Source: Minisyncoccota bacterium (lineage in GTDB: Bacteria; Patescibacteriota; Minisyncoccia; Phycocordibacterales; UBA9973). Taken from it: a stretch of 64,000 nucleotides of DNA. A model generated the notes under the pieces. That model worked only from the letters and a program-made list of their open reading frames with translations. It made no database searches and was not told the DNA's origin. The stretch lies in NCBI GenBank assembly GCA_035491955.1, contig DATJJU010000001.1, positions 393-64,392 on the forward strand. Direction: 5' to 3'. Shown piece after piece: positions 19,948 through 29,130 of the stretch. Positions within the stretch are counted from its first letter, which is position 1; each line of letters opens with the position of its first letter. Made by a program: the position numbers and the translations under genes.

Positions 19948-22900
19948 TTACAAGGAACTATTTTCATCACACCATATTCGGGCATTTTGAAAAAGTTTCA
20001 ACCAAGGAGAGGCGCTGTACTGCTCCCACTCCGGCGGCAGCCATGGCAATTGCCATTTTAGGAAACAACGCTCCGGATGAGGCATCATTGCCAGATGCCG
20101 GCCGTCAGGCGAACAAAGTGCCGTAGCTCCTTCGGGTGAACCGTTAGGATTATACGGATACTGTTCTGTCGGATTTCCTGCCACATCGATGTATCTCATC
20201 GCAATCAGCTGTTTCTCAGCAACTGCCTGTTCTACATTTTTGTCAGGAAACAATAACTTCCCTTCACCATGAGCAACCCAAATTCCGAGCTTCGATCCTG
20301 CCATGCCTTTCAGCATGATTGCAGGAGTATCCTCAATTTGCACATGCACCCAGTTTGATTCAAATCTCCCCGATACATTATGAACAAATCGAGGCTGAGC
20401 TTTTTTTGAATGCTTGGTTCCAGGAATCCATCCTAACAACGCCATAAGCTGACAACCATTACACACTCCGAAAGAAAATGTATCGGGGCGTTTATAAAAC
20501 GCATCAAACATTTTTTTAACTTTTTTATTGGAACGAATAATAGCAGCCCATCCTTTGCCGCTGCCAAAGACGTCAGCATAGGAGAACCCTCCCACAAACA
20601 CGATGCCTCTAAACCTATCAAGGCTTATTGCTCCGCTTACGAGATCGGTCACAGTAACATCCCATGGTTCGAATCCTGCAGCAAAGAATGCTGAGGTCAT
20701 CTCACGGTCACCATTGCTTCCTACTTCGCGGATAATAGCGATCTTAGGCTTTGAGGTTTCAACCAAACGGGAATGGTCTGTCTCTTCGGGGACAAATGTC
20801 AGTCCGTATTGAGGCAGTGTTTGACGTGCCTGTATGGCTTCCTTTGCTTGCAAAGCGCAAAGAGGATTCATTTGTAATAATTCAAGTTCATCGCTTGTTG
20901 CTTCCCACCATTTTCTTATGGTGACAAGCTCTTCATTGAAAACTTCTTCCTTGTCACAAAATATCCTTATCGTTGGCGCTTCTGTCGTAGTACCGATTGT
21001 AGTAAGACAATCTCCTATGCCATGTTTTTGCATAATATCGATAATCTCAGCAACATCACGGTACTTATGGGTAATCACCACGCCAAGCTCCTCATTACAA
21101 AGTCTGGCTACAGGTTCGTCAGGCAGACCAATGACCATTCCTTTATTTCCGGCCATAGCCATTTCTACTATCGTGGTAATAAGTCCGCCATCACTGCGGT
21201 CATGCCCGGCTGTGATCAATCCCCGATCAATTAATTCCTGTATCGCAGCAAAGCCGTTTTTCAGAAGCTCTGGATCGTCCACATCAGGACAGTCGTTACC
21301 GAGCTGGCCTAATGATTGCGCTACCGCAGAACCGCCCAAACGTTTCTTGCCGCGCGACAAGTCGATCAGTGCGATCGATTCTCCTTTTGCTTTGAGATCC
21401 GGCGTTACTACTTTTGTAATGTCAGGCACTGAAACGTATCCTGATATCACAAGCTGAGATGGCGCTTTGACAATTTCTCCGTCAACTTTCGCTGACATTG
21501 ATAAGCTGTCTTTTCCTCCATCAATTTCAGCTCCGCCAAGAGCTGCGAGCAAATTTTTCACAGCTTCTGCAGCGTCGTATATAACAGCGCCTTCACTAGG
21601 TAATTTTGCAGGGCACATCCAATTGCCAGAAGTTTTAATTGCTGACAATCCATCGGACTTCACCCATACAATATTAGTAAGCATTTCGCCTACTGCCATT
21701 CTTGCGCCAGCCGCCGGGTTAAGCAGCATTTTAATGGGCTGCTCGCCGTTGGCTGTTGCCATGCCGGTCAGACCAAAATGGCTTTGCGCGCAGACTGCGA
21801 CATTTCCTACCGGAAGATGGAGCGGCCCGCAACATTGCTGTTGAGCAATCAATCCTGTAACACTGCGATCTACTTTCCGAACTAAAAATCCTTTTGATCC
21901 CACCGATGGAAGCTTGAGCATTTGTTCAATAATTTCCGCCAGGGGCACATCAGGTATCTGTATTTCAGTAAGTAGCTGCGGAGAGCGTTCAAATGAAAAA
22001 GTTTTCTGCGGCATATTGCCGAGAATCTTTTCCAGTTCAAGCTTCACTGGCGTTGTATCATTTGACGAATCATAAAGTGTTATCAACCCATCGCCTGTTA
22101 CTGTTCCCAGTACTTCGCATGGAACATCTTCCCGCTCGCAGATAGCCTTAAACAATTTAAGTCTGCTGTCTTTTAAAAGCAGCGCCAATCGCTCCTGATA
22201 TTCAGCGCCCCAAATTTCGAGCACTGACATACTGCTGTCTCCCACGTTAATGGCGCGAATATCTATTCGGCCTCCAACAGGGTCAACAATTTCAGTCACT
22301 ACATTGCACGGGCCACCGGCACCCTGATCATGAATGCTGACAATAGGATTGTCAGTACCAAGCTCAATGCATGCCCGGATAACACGATTAACCTTTTGGG
22401 CCATTTGCGCGTTTCCTCGCTGTACTGAGTTGAAATCCAAATCTTCAGTGTTTTGGCCCTGCGTCATGCTTGATGCAGCGCCGCCACCCAGTCCGATTCT
22501 GTAAGCCGGTCCGCCAATTTGAATAATGAGCATTCCAGCAGAAGGCTGTTCTTTGTGCGTATGGATAGCATTCATTTGGCCAATACCGCCAGTGAACATG
22601 ATTGGTTTGACCCATTCACGGCGTTCACCGCCAGGTAGGCGCAGACCAAAACTTCTTACAAAACCATTTACTACCGGCTCGCCGAATTTGTTTCCATAGT
22701 CTGATGCGCCATTTGACGCATCAATAAGGATTTCTATCGGTGAGCGATAATTTTTAGGATAAGAAAAAGCTCTGTCTTCTCCCGGAATCACATATCCGGG
22801 CAATGTCAGATTTCCCACACAATAACCAGCAGTACCGGCAATCACTAAGCCTCCCCTGCCTGTCGCCTGAACATCCCGTATGCGACCGCCAGTACCTGTC

Positions 22901-23760
22901 TCTGCTCCGCGAAAAGCTTCAATCATCGTCGGATGATTGTGAGTCTCGGCAGTAAAGATAATGTTGTACTGAGGATGAGCACTATGGAACGGCGAAGGCA
23001 AGCCAGGCCAGGTAGGAATAATCGTTTCTACCGTAAAGCCCTTGATAGCGCTGGAGTTGTCAGAAAATGCAATCACGCTGTTGTGAGCATTTCCTCGAAC
23101 TTTTAACGGATACTTTACAATATCCATCAGCGATAACGGCATTTCTTTACCATCAATAAAAATCTTTCCTTTGAAAAACCAGTGTCTGCAATGTTCGCTA
23201 TTGGCCTGGCCAAGCTGAAAGCATTCGACGTTTGTGGGATTCCTTTTGAAATCTTTTGTAAATAGATGATAGTAGAAATCAATATCCCAGGCGTCCATTC
23301 CCAGCCCCATTGAAGCGTTGATGCGCCGCAAGGCGTCCGGACCTTCTTCAAGAAGCGGGACAGTGTACACCTTCTCAGGTTCAACACTAATGGCAAATGA
23401 TTGCGGAATCTGATCGTAGACACACTCGGTCATTTTGTCATACAAATCCTGTACGACTTTTTTACCATCAGCATATCTGCGAATGATTTCAATCCGCAAT
23501 ACTTTTTCCAATCCAATAGCAGCACAAATCGCTACTGCATTACTCGACATCGCTGTCTCAACAGCAGGGCGTGGCCCTATCTGAATCAGATCGTGACCCG
23601 CAAGATGCGAATCGGCAGTAGTGAGTTCTGGCTGATATGTTTCCGAAAGAAGCCAGTATAATTTTTGCATTTCTGCGGCATTGAGTGGCTTGTTTGTTTC
23701 CACACAAAAGCATAGTTCATGGTCGCTGCCATCGTTTTGTTGATAGACTTGCGTGATCAT
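19948..23760 (-). CDS. purL: Phosphoribosylformylglycinamidine synthase, large single-chain type
   Basis: NSEHCRH, ETHNHP, HDQGAGG, GGKDSLS, GVCNGCQ, MMPHPER; AAGGAGG SD before ATG at 23760. Confidence 0.95.
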   Translation of the reverse strand: MITQVYQQNDGSDHELCFCVETNKPLNAAEMQKLYWLLSETYQPELTTADSHLAGHDLIQIGPRPAVETAMSSNAVAICAAIGLEKVLRIEIIRRYADGKKVVQDLYDKMTECVYDQIPQSFAISVEPEKVYTVPLLEEGPDALRRINASMGLGMDAWDIDFYYHLFTKDFKRNPTNVECFQLGQANSEHCRHWFFKGKIFIDGKEMPLSLMDIVKYPLKVRGNAHNSVIAFSDNSSAIKGFTVETIIPTWPGLPSPFHSAHPQYNIIFTAETHNHPTMIEAFRGAETGTGGRIRDVQATGRGGLVIAGTAGYCVGNLTLPGYVIPGEDRAFSYPKNYRSPIEILIDASNGASDYGNKFGEPVVNGFVRSFGLRLPGGERREWVKPIMFTGGIGQMNAIHTHKEQPSAGMLIIQIGGPAYRIGLGGGAASSMTQGQNTEDLDFNSVQRGNAQMAQKVNRVIRACIELGTDNPIVSIHDQGAGGPCNVVTEIVDPVGGRIDIRAINVGDSSMSVLEIWGAEYQERLALLLKDSRLKLFKAICEREDVPCEVLGTVTGDGLITLYDSSNDTTPVKLELEKILGNMPQKTFSFERSPQLLTEIQIPDVPLAEIIEQMLKLPSVGSKGFLVRKVDRSVTGLIAQQQCCGPLHLPVGNVAVCAQSHFGLTGMATANGEQPIKMLLNPAAGARMAVGEMLTNIVWVKSDGLSAIKTSGNWMCPAKLPSEGAVIYDAAEAVKNLLAALGGAEIDGGKDSLSMSAKVDGEIVKAPSQLVISGYVSVPDITKVVTPDLKAKGESIALIDLSRGKKRLGGSAVAQSLGQLGNDCPDVDDPELLKNGFAAIQELIDRGLITAGHDRSDGGLITTIVEMAMAGNKGMVIGLPDEPVARLCNEELGVVITHKYRDVAEIIDIMQKHGIGDCLTTIGTTTEAPTIRIFCDKEEVFNEELVTIRKWWEATSDELELLQMNPLCALQAKEAIQARQTLPQYGLTFVPEETDHSRLVETSKPKIAIIREVGSNGDREMTSAFFAAGFEPWDVTVTDLVSGAISLDRFRGIVFVGGFSYADVFGSGKGWAAIIRSNKKVKKMFDAFYKRPDTFSFGVCNGCQLMALLGWIPGTKHSKKAQPRFVHNVSGRFESNWVHVQIEDTPAIMLKGMAGSKLGIWVAHGEGKLLFPDKNVEQAVAEKQLIAMRYIDVAGNPTEQYPYNPNGSPEGATALCSPDGRHLAMMPHPERCFLKWQLPWLPPEWEQYSASPWLKLFQNARIWCDENSSL

Positions 23761-23909
23761 TGTATACCTCCTTTTTTTGATTTTTTTCAATGAAATGTGT
23801 ATTTGGGCTCATTCTACTGAAATGGGTTCAAATAGCAATATAGTCAAATTTCTCTTATTGACATTTATATGTTTTAATGTTATTTTTTTATCGAACTAAC
23901 AATTAAATA

Positions 23910-24146
23910 ATGAAAAGAAAAAAGAACGCAGAAAAGGATTGTTATTATGCAATTGTCGGCAATCCGAAAAAAGAGCTCGCGGTGAAAGAGATCGATATGG
24001 CTCTCAAAGTAACTGCCGGTACCCCTATTACCTTCGTTAAGAAAATGATAAGAGATAGAGGACGGAAACATCTCGGCATAACTAGAGTAGAAATATCAGT
24101 TCTGGAAAAAATTGAACCAGAAGCATACGAATTTATTGCTGCATAA
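23910..24146 (+). CDS. Hypothetical protein, accessory module
   Basis: 78 aa; TTGACA at 23858; hairpin-U tract after stop. Confidence 0.65.
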   Translation: MKRKKNAEKDCYYAIVGNPKKELAVKEIDMALKVTAGTPITFVKKMIRDRGRKHLGITRVEISVLEKIEPEAYEFIAA

Positions 24147-24192
24147 CATCTTGCGCTAACGAACGCTGACTATAGAAAAATAGGCGGCGTTT

Positions 24193-24336
24193 TTATTTTT
24201 TTCTAAATACCAATCCGATGATTGTACCGACAATCACGCCGATCACGATCCATTGCAAAAGACTGTGTGTAATGGTGCCAATAACAACGCCAACAATTAC
24301 CCCAACAACGATTGCTTTTTGTACTATGTTTTTCAT
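24193..24336 (-). CDS. Small glycine-zipper membrane protein (47 aa, not in ORF track)
   Basis: MKNIVQKAIVVGVIVGVVIG...IGVIVGTIIGLVFRKK; TATAAT-6nt-ATG. Confidence 0.7.
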   Translation of the reverse strand: MKNIVQKAIVVGVIVGVVIGTITHSLLQWIVIGVIVGTIIGLVFRKK

Positions 24337-24356
24337 ACGATAATTATACCAAAAGT

Positions 24357-24376
24357 AAATGGGGTCAGACCCCGTT
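24357..24376. repeat. REP-like palindrome GGGGTCAGACCCC
   Basis: Reverse-complement copy of the 15066 motif. Confidence 0.7.
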
Positions 24377-24378
24377 GA

Positions 24379-24948
24379 CTATTTTACAATTTTATAGTGT
24401 AGCGCCATTATTCCGCCTTCGATTTGTTCGGAGTGTACGAGTTCAAGATTGTATTGTTTTTCAATTTTTCTGATGAAGGTCAAACCTTGTCCTAGTACAA
24501 CTGGACTGACAGTAAACTGAAATTCGTCGATAAGGTCCATTTGCATCAAAGAGAATGCGAGCGTTGGGCTGCCGAAAATGACGAGGTCTTTCCCTTCACC
24601 TTCTTTCAGCTTTTTTACTTCCTCTTCTACACTATCACTGATCACTCGTGTATTGTTCCACTCTTCCTTATCCAACGTCGTTGAAAAAACAATTTTCTCT
24701 ATTCCCTCAATCCACTGTGCATGTTCCTTTTCATGTTCCGTTGCTGACTCAGCATTTAACAATGCTGGCCAATAGCCCTTCATCAATTCATATGTCTTGC
24801 GACCATACATTGCAATACCGACACTCTGAACAATGCCTTCTGCATACTTCTCAAGCGCTCCATTATATGGGATCCATTCCAATCCTCCTGTTGTAGTTGC
24901 ACAGTAGCCATCCAGCGACTGATGTAAAAATAATACGATTTTTCTCAT
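24379..24948 (-). CDS. Dihydrofolate reductase family (RibD C-terminal) protein
   Basis: SLDGY, GRKTYE, KIVFSTTL, GSPTL, LIDE...PVVLG.G. Confidence 0.9.
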   Translation of the reverse strand: MRKIVLFLHQSLDGYCATTTGGLEWIPYNGALEKYAEGIVQSVGIAMYGRKTYELMKGYWPALLNAESATEHEKEHAQWIEGIEKIVFSTTLDKEEWNNTRVISDSVEEEVKKLKEGEGKDLVIFGSPTLAFSLMQMDLIDEFQFTVSPVVLGQGLTFIRKIEKQYNLELVHSEQIEGGIMALHYKIVK

Positions 24949-24964
24949 ATGTTTTATTATACCC

Positions 24965-24996
24965 TATTTGCTGGCAGTTTGGGTCGATGTTGGAAC
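24965..24996. repeat. 32-bp direct repeat, copy 1
   Basis: TATTTGCTGGCAGTTTGGGTCGATGTTGGAAC, identical at 25485-25516. Confidence 0.95.
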
Positions 24997-25049
24997 CGTA
25001 TTGTTGACAGAATCGTGATAAGACGTAGTATTCAGAAAAACTTAACGTT

Positions 25050-25439
25050 ATGCAGACAACCTGGCTAGGAGACTTTTTTGAAAGGATCAAATACCCCGTC
25101 GCAATTTGCAATGGAGGACACATGGAGCAATTTGAGCTTGCAATGGAATTTATCTTTGAATCAGACGGGGTACCGTTCACCCATGAGGATAATCTTTATC
25201 ATCGAGATGATTATGACTTATCAAAATACAAAACAATTGTGTTTGATACTAAGACTTCTATAAATTCTCAAACTCAAAAGATTTTTTCTTTTGACAAGAG
25301 TAATCTCGAGCTGGTCATAGTAGGCGAGCCTGCGTTTTTCAAAATTAAAGACATGATTAAGGAATTAAAGATTGATTGCTTAGTATTCCGTTACCCAGAA
25401 CATGAATTCATTGATCCATTTGTAAGACCTTCAGATTAA
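25050..25439 (+). CDS. Hypothetical protein between direct repeats
   Basis: 129 aa; TTGACA-N16-TAGTAT; terminator near 25458-25485. Confidence 0.75.
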   Translation: MQTTWLGDFFERIKYPVAICNGGHMEQFELAMEFIFESDGVPFTHEDNLYHRDDYDLSKYKTIVFDTKTSINSQTQKIFSFDKSNLELVIVGEPAFFKIKDMIKELKIDCLVFRYPEHEFIDPFVRPSD

Positions 25440-25484
25440 TAATTTTTTAAAGTTACTAAAGACTGCTTAATATGTGGTCTTTTT

Positions 25485-25516
25485 TATTTGCTGGCAGTTT
25501 GGGTCGATGTTGGAAC
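25485..25516. repeat. 32-bp direct repeat, copy 2
   Basis: Identical to 24965-24996. Confidence 0.95.
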
Positions 25517-25577
25517 TTTGATATCATTGACAAATTCATATTTATATGTAATATAAAATAAAACTTAAAAGTACAAT

Positions 25578-26009
25578 ATGGAAACACTAACTGACCGTGA
25601 CGTTGAATTTGCAATAGAAATGTTCAACCTTACAGCAGGCGGAGTAATATTCGACTGCACCTATCGCTCCAAAGTTGTTGCGAGCAAAATTTTTGATGGA
25701 AACATAGTGCTGCTGACACGGATGACGATGAAAGGAAAGAGCGGCGAAAAAGAAGAGGCATCGCAAATTCATGTAACGAATCGTTCAATGTCACTTGTCT
25801 ACACAAAGCCATCGAGAACCTTTACCTACTTCAACACCATCGAAAAGAACCCATGCGGCGCAAAACCGATGTATCATGACCCTTCGGCCGAATTCAAGGA
25901 AATACTCTCTTTGGAAGAAAAAGGCGGCGCCTATTTAATTAAGGTGCTGACAAACGGCAACGTGGAAAAAGGAATCATGGTTGGCGAGCCCAAAATGGAA
26001 ACCGCTTAA
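25578..26009 (+). CDS. Hypothetical protein, accessory module
   Basis: 143 aa; TTGACA-N16-TAATAT; terminator 26028-26059. Confidence 0.75.
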   Translation: METLTDRDVEFAIEMFNLTAGGVIFDCTYRSKVVASKIFDGNIVLLTRMTMKGKSGEKEEASQIHVTNRSMSLVYTKPSRTFTYFNTIEKNPCGAKPMYHDPSAEFKEILSLEEKGGAYLIKVLTNGNVEKGIMVGEPKMETA

Positions 26010-26066
26010 GCTTAAAAAGAAACTTTGGAACCCGAGATAATATCAAGGGTTCTTTTTTTATTTATG

Positions 26067-26137
26067 CTGTCGGACTAGGACTCGAACCTAGATACACAGG
26101 ACCAAAACCTGTAGTCCTACCATTAGACGATCCGACA
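26067..26137 (-). tRNA. tRNA-Gln(TTG)
   Basis: TGTCGGA/TCCGACA acceptor, ACAGG-TTTTGGT-CCTGT anticodon arm, TTCGAGT T-loop. Confidence 0.95.
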
Positions 26138-26175
26138 AGGTAGGCAATAAAATTGCTCTGTTTTTATAACACAAA

Positions 26176-27228
26176 TTATGCTTCTTTGGAAGCTGATTCC
26201 ATTCCTGTCATTTCAATGAAAGCCAGCTCGAGTGGGAGGGTTGGGATAGAGGCATAGGCGATGCGTTCGATGGCGGTGATGAGGGCGACGATGCCGCGAG
26301 AGGAAATAGCGTCAGGATTTTCTACTGCCCCGCGTTTGATGACCTCAGTGTATTGTTCAGAGTGGTCAGCTTCGATCTGTTCACGAGCGCTTGGCGAGTA
26401 GCGATACATCAGTGAGAGACGCATGGTATCGAGGAGGAGCTGAGCGAGCAGCATCATGTCCGTGTGATGCTGTTCTGCGCGTGCGAGGGTCTTGTATAGT
26501 GCATCCATATCCTTTTCAATCAGCGCGCTGTACAGCTCATGAATGACAGTCAGCGATGGCGCGCCTGTCACAGACTCCGTCAGTTCTCGAGTGACGGTTC
26601 TGCCCTTCGCAGAAGAAAATACTTTTTGCAAAATGCTAAGCGTATCGCGGAATGAGCCATCGCCAAGGAATGCTACCAGCGATGCACTGTCGCCATCGAT
26701 CACTATTTTTTCTTCCTTAGCGATACGCTCCACCTCTTTTACAAGCGTGCGCTCTGTTGGTTTGCGGAATGAAAATACCTGGCAGCGAGAAAGAATGGTT
26801 TCAGGAACTTTATCGAGCTCTGTCGTCGCAAGAATAAAAATACAGTGCGCTGGCGGTTCTTCCAATGTCTTCAGAAGCGCATTAAAAGCATCGCGAGAAA
26901 GCATGTGCACTTCATCGATAATATAGACCTTGAAGCGTGATGAGAATGGCAATACGCGCACTGCTTCGCGCAGCGCACGGATGTCATCGATACCTCTATT
27001 AGAGGCTGCATCAATTTCTAGAATGTCTTCTGGGTTAGTGCCCAAAGCTTTAGCAAAAATACGAGCTACAGAGGTCTTACCGGTACCGCGACTGCCGGTG
27101 AAAAGATATGCGTGAGAGAAATTGCCATTATCAATAGATTGAGAGAGGACAGAGACAATATGCTCCTGCCCTACTACTTCCTCCCAATTGCTCGGACGAT
27201 ATTTACGATACAGTACTTGGTCGTGCAT
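26176..27228 (-). CDS. dnaX: DNA polymerase III subunit gamma/tau (short)
   Basis: LYRKYRP, GSRGTGKT, EIDAAS, IIDEVHML, SRC. Confidence 0.95.
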   Translation of the reverse strand: MHDQVLYRKYRPSNWEEVVGQEHIVSVLSQSIDNGNFSHAYLFTGSRGTGKTSVARIFAKALGTNPEDILEIDAASNRGIDDIRALREAVRVLPFSSRFKVYIIDEVHMLSRDAFNALLKTLEEPPAHCIFILATTELDKVPETILSRCQVFSFRKPTERTLVKEVERIAKEEKIVIDGDSASLVAFLGDGSFRDTLSILQKVFSSAKGRTVTRELTESVTGAPSLTVIHELYSALIEKDMDALYKTLARAEQHHTDMMLLAQLLLDTMRLSLMYRYSPSAREQIEADHSEQYTEVIKRGAVENPDAISSRGIVALITAIERIAYASIPTLPLELAFIEMTGMESASKEA

Positions 27229-27237
27229 GTGGCCTTA

Positions 27238-28296
27238 TTATAACAGAAAATCGCCAATAATCTTTTCCACGTCTGCAACGTTATGAGCCTCATCCATAAG
27301 CTTCATGCGGAGCTCTTTGGCCCCAGGAAAGCCTGTGCAGTAGGCCTTGTAGTGCTTCTTCATAATAGAGAAGCTCTTGATATCTCCGAGGAGCTCTTCG
27401 AAGAGTTTGGTGTGCTCCACGAGGACATGCAGACGCTCGGTGATAGTGATAGGGCGCACGGCGGACTGCGCAGCAGTCCGCCGTGTTTCAAAGAGCTTTC
27501 CTATCAAAGGCAGCTTTTGCAACAATGGTTTCTTAGGAATACTGGCAATCATTTCCCTGCTTTCATCAAAAAACCATGGGTTGCCGAACAGTGCACGCCC
27601 TACCATGATGCCATCCGCTCCGCTTGCAGCAGCTTTTATTTTGCCATCAGCCAAGCTCGTCACATCGCCATTACCAATGATTACCGTATTCGGCGCCAGC
27701 ACATCACGAAGCTTCACTACTTCTTTTATATAGTCCCAGTGCGCAGGCACTTTTGACAGTTCTTTTCTTGTACGAGCATGGACAGTCAGTGCTGCAATAT
27801 TCTGCTTCAAGAGCAGCGGTATCCATTCTTCTATTTGCACGCTGTTGTACCCCACACGAGTCTTCACTGACACTGGCAGATCACCTGCTCCCCGCTTGGC
27901 TGCTGCAATGACCTGTACTGCGATCTCCGGCGTCTTTATCATAGCCGCACCTGCACCCTGCTTTTCAATAGTCTTATCCGGACAGCCCATATTAATATCG
28001 ATGCCATCAAAGCCAAGCTCTTTGCACAATCGTGCCGCTCCTTCGATCTTTTCAGGATTTGATGAAAAGATCTGCGCCACAATCGGACGTTCTATTTCTG
28101 AAAATTCCAAATCACGCTGCAACATTTCGCGTCCTGCACTCATCAAGCCATTAGCAGAAACGAACTCTGTCCACATGACATCGGGCTTGCCATATTTTGC
28201 AATCAAACGGCGAAAAGCCGGATCTGTTACATCCGCCATTGGCGCCACCGCAAAGAAGGGCCTCTTTTTATTTTTTAACTGCTGCCAGAAATTCAT
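27238..28296 (-). CDS. tRNA-dihydrouridine synthase
   Basis: APMADVTD, DINMGCP, VHART, GNGDV, MVGR. Confidence 0.93.
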   Translation of the reverse strand: MNFWQQLKNKKRPFFAVAPMADVTDPAFRRLIAKYGKPDVMWTEFVSANGLMSAGREMLQRDLEFSEIERPIVAQIFSSNPEKIEGAARLCKELGFDGIDINMGCPDKTIEKQGAGAAMIKTPEIAVQVIAAAKRGAGDLPVSVKTRVGYNSVQIEEWIPLLLKQNIAALTVHARTRKELSKVPAHWDYIKEVVKLRDVLAPNTVIIGNGDVTSLADGKIKAAASGADGIMVGRALFGNPWFFDESREMIASIPKKPLLQKLPLIGKLFETRRTAAQSAVRPITITERLHVLVEHTKLFEELLGDIKSFSIMKKHYKAYCTGFPGAKELRMKLMDEAHNVADVEKIIGDFLL

Positions 28297-29129
28297 TATT
28301 GAAACTTATAGACTACTCTGTTCGAAAAGCGAAGATCAATATACTGCAAAACTTTGCTTGTGTCTCTATACTTCGTAGCCAGCGGGTTTGTACGCAAGCC
28401 GGTATACAAATCAGTCAACGCATCACTAATGCTGGTAGTTGGATCAAACATCAATACTGCCGGACGGCCTTCATGAGTGAAGTCTACATCAAGCTCATGA
28501 ATACTATTAAAATGAAATTCATTTGCCGTAATGCCAATAGTAGCCAAACGATCCAGAAGAAGCGAGATATCTGCCAGCTGAGCACTGGTCACTGCTTGGA
28601 AGGGAATGTTTTGCATACTACCTGAAAATATTTTTGGGTAGGCATCTCCTGAGAAGTACGGAGCAGACGTAAATGCTACGCCGTTTTGATCCATGAAATA
28701 ACAAGTGCTCTCATCGATGCACCACAGATACACTCCTTGGTACTCTGTGATAGAAACACTGAGCGTATTGAAATTCACGCGATTAATACTAACCGTTTGT
28801 ACACGAGAAAACTGCTGTTTGATCCTCTTTTCTAACTTATGAATCGGCACCAAGAAAATACTGCTCTTCGGCAAGACAAATAATTCCTTGCCTTGTAAAT
28901 TTTGCTGAATGAATTCAGTAATATCTCCCGGATCTACCACCTTTGCGCCTTCAACAGTAATATGCGTGACTTGCGCGCGAGGAATACGAATGACAAAAAT
29001 AATTGCGGCTATGATAACGATAGCAACGGTAATACGGAGTAATAATTTCCAATTGACGCGAGCCTCTTTTTTCTTTGACTCTTTTTCGTCATCCTTTAAA
29101 ACCGTCTTGTGATAGGTTCGCTCATACAT
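28296..29129 (-). CDS. FtsQ/DivIB-like protein
   Basis: TM, POTRA-like region, C-terminal YIDLRF. Confidence 0.75.
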   Translation of the reverse strand: MYERTYHKTVLKDDEKESKKKEARVNWKLLLRITVAIVIIAAIIFVIRIPRAQVTHITVEGAKVVDPGDITEFIQQNLQGKELFVLPKSSIFLVPIHKLEKRIKQQFSRVQTVSINRVNFNTLSVSITEYQGVYLWCIDESTCYFMDQNGVAFTSAPYFSGDAYPKIFSGSMQNIPFQAVTSAQLADISLLLDRLATIGITANEFHFNSIHELDVDFTHEGRPAVLMFDPTTSISDALTDLYTGLRTNPLATKYRDTSKVLQYIDLRFSNRVVYKFQ

Positions 29130-29130
29130 G

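Noticed and set aside
24965-25516. CRISPR array suggested by a 32-bp repeat ending GGAAC
   Set aside because: Only two copies, separated by 488 bp containing a gene; no cas genes in the window.
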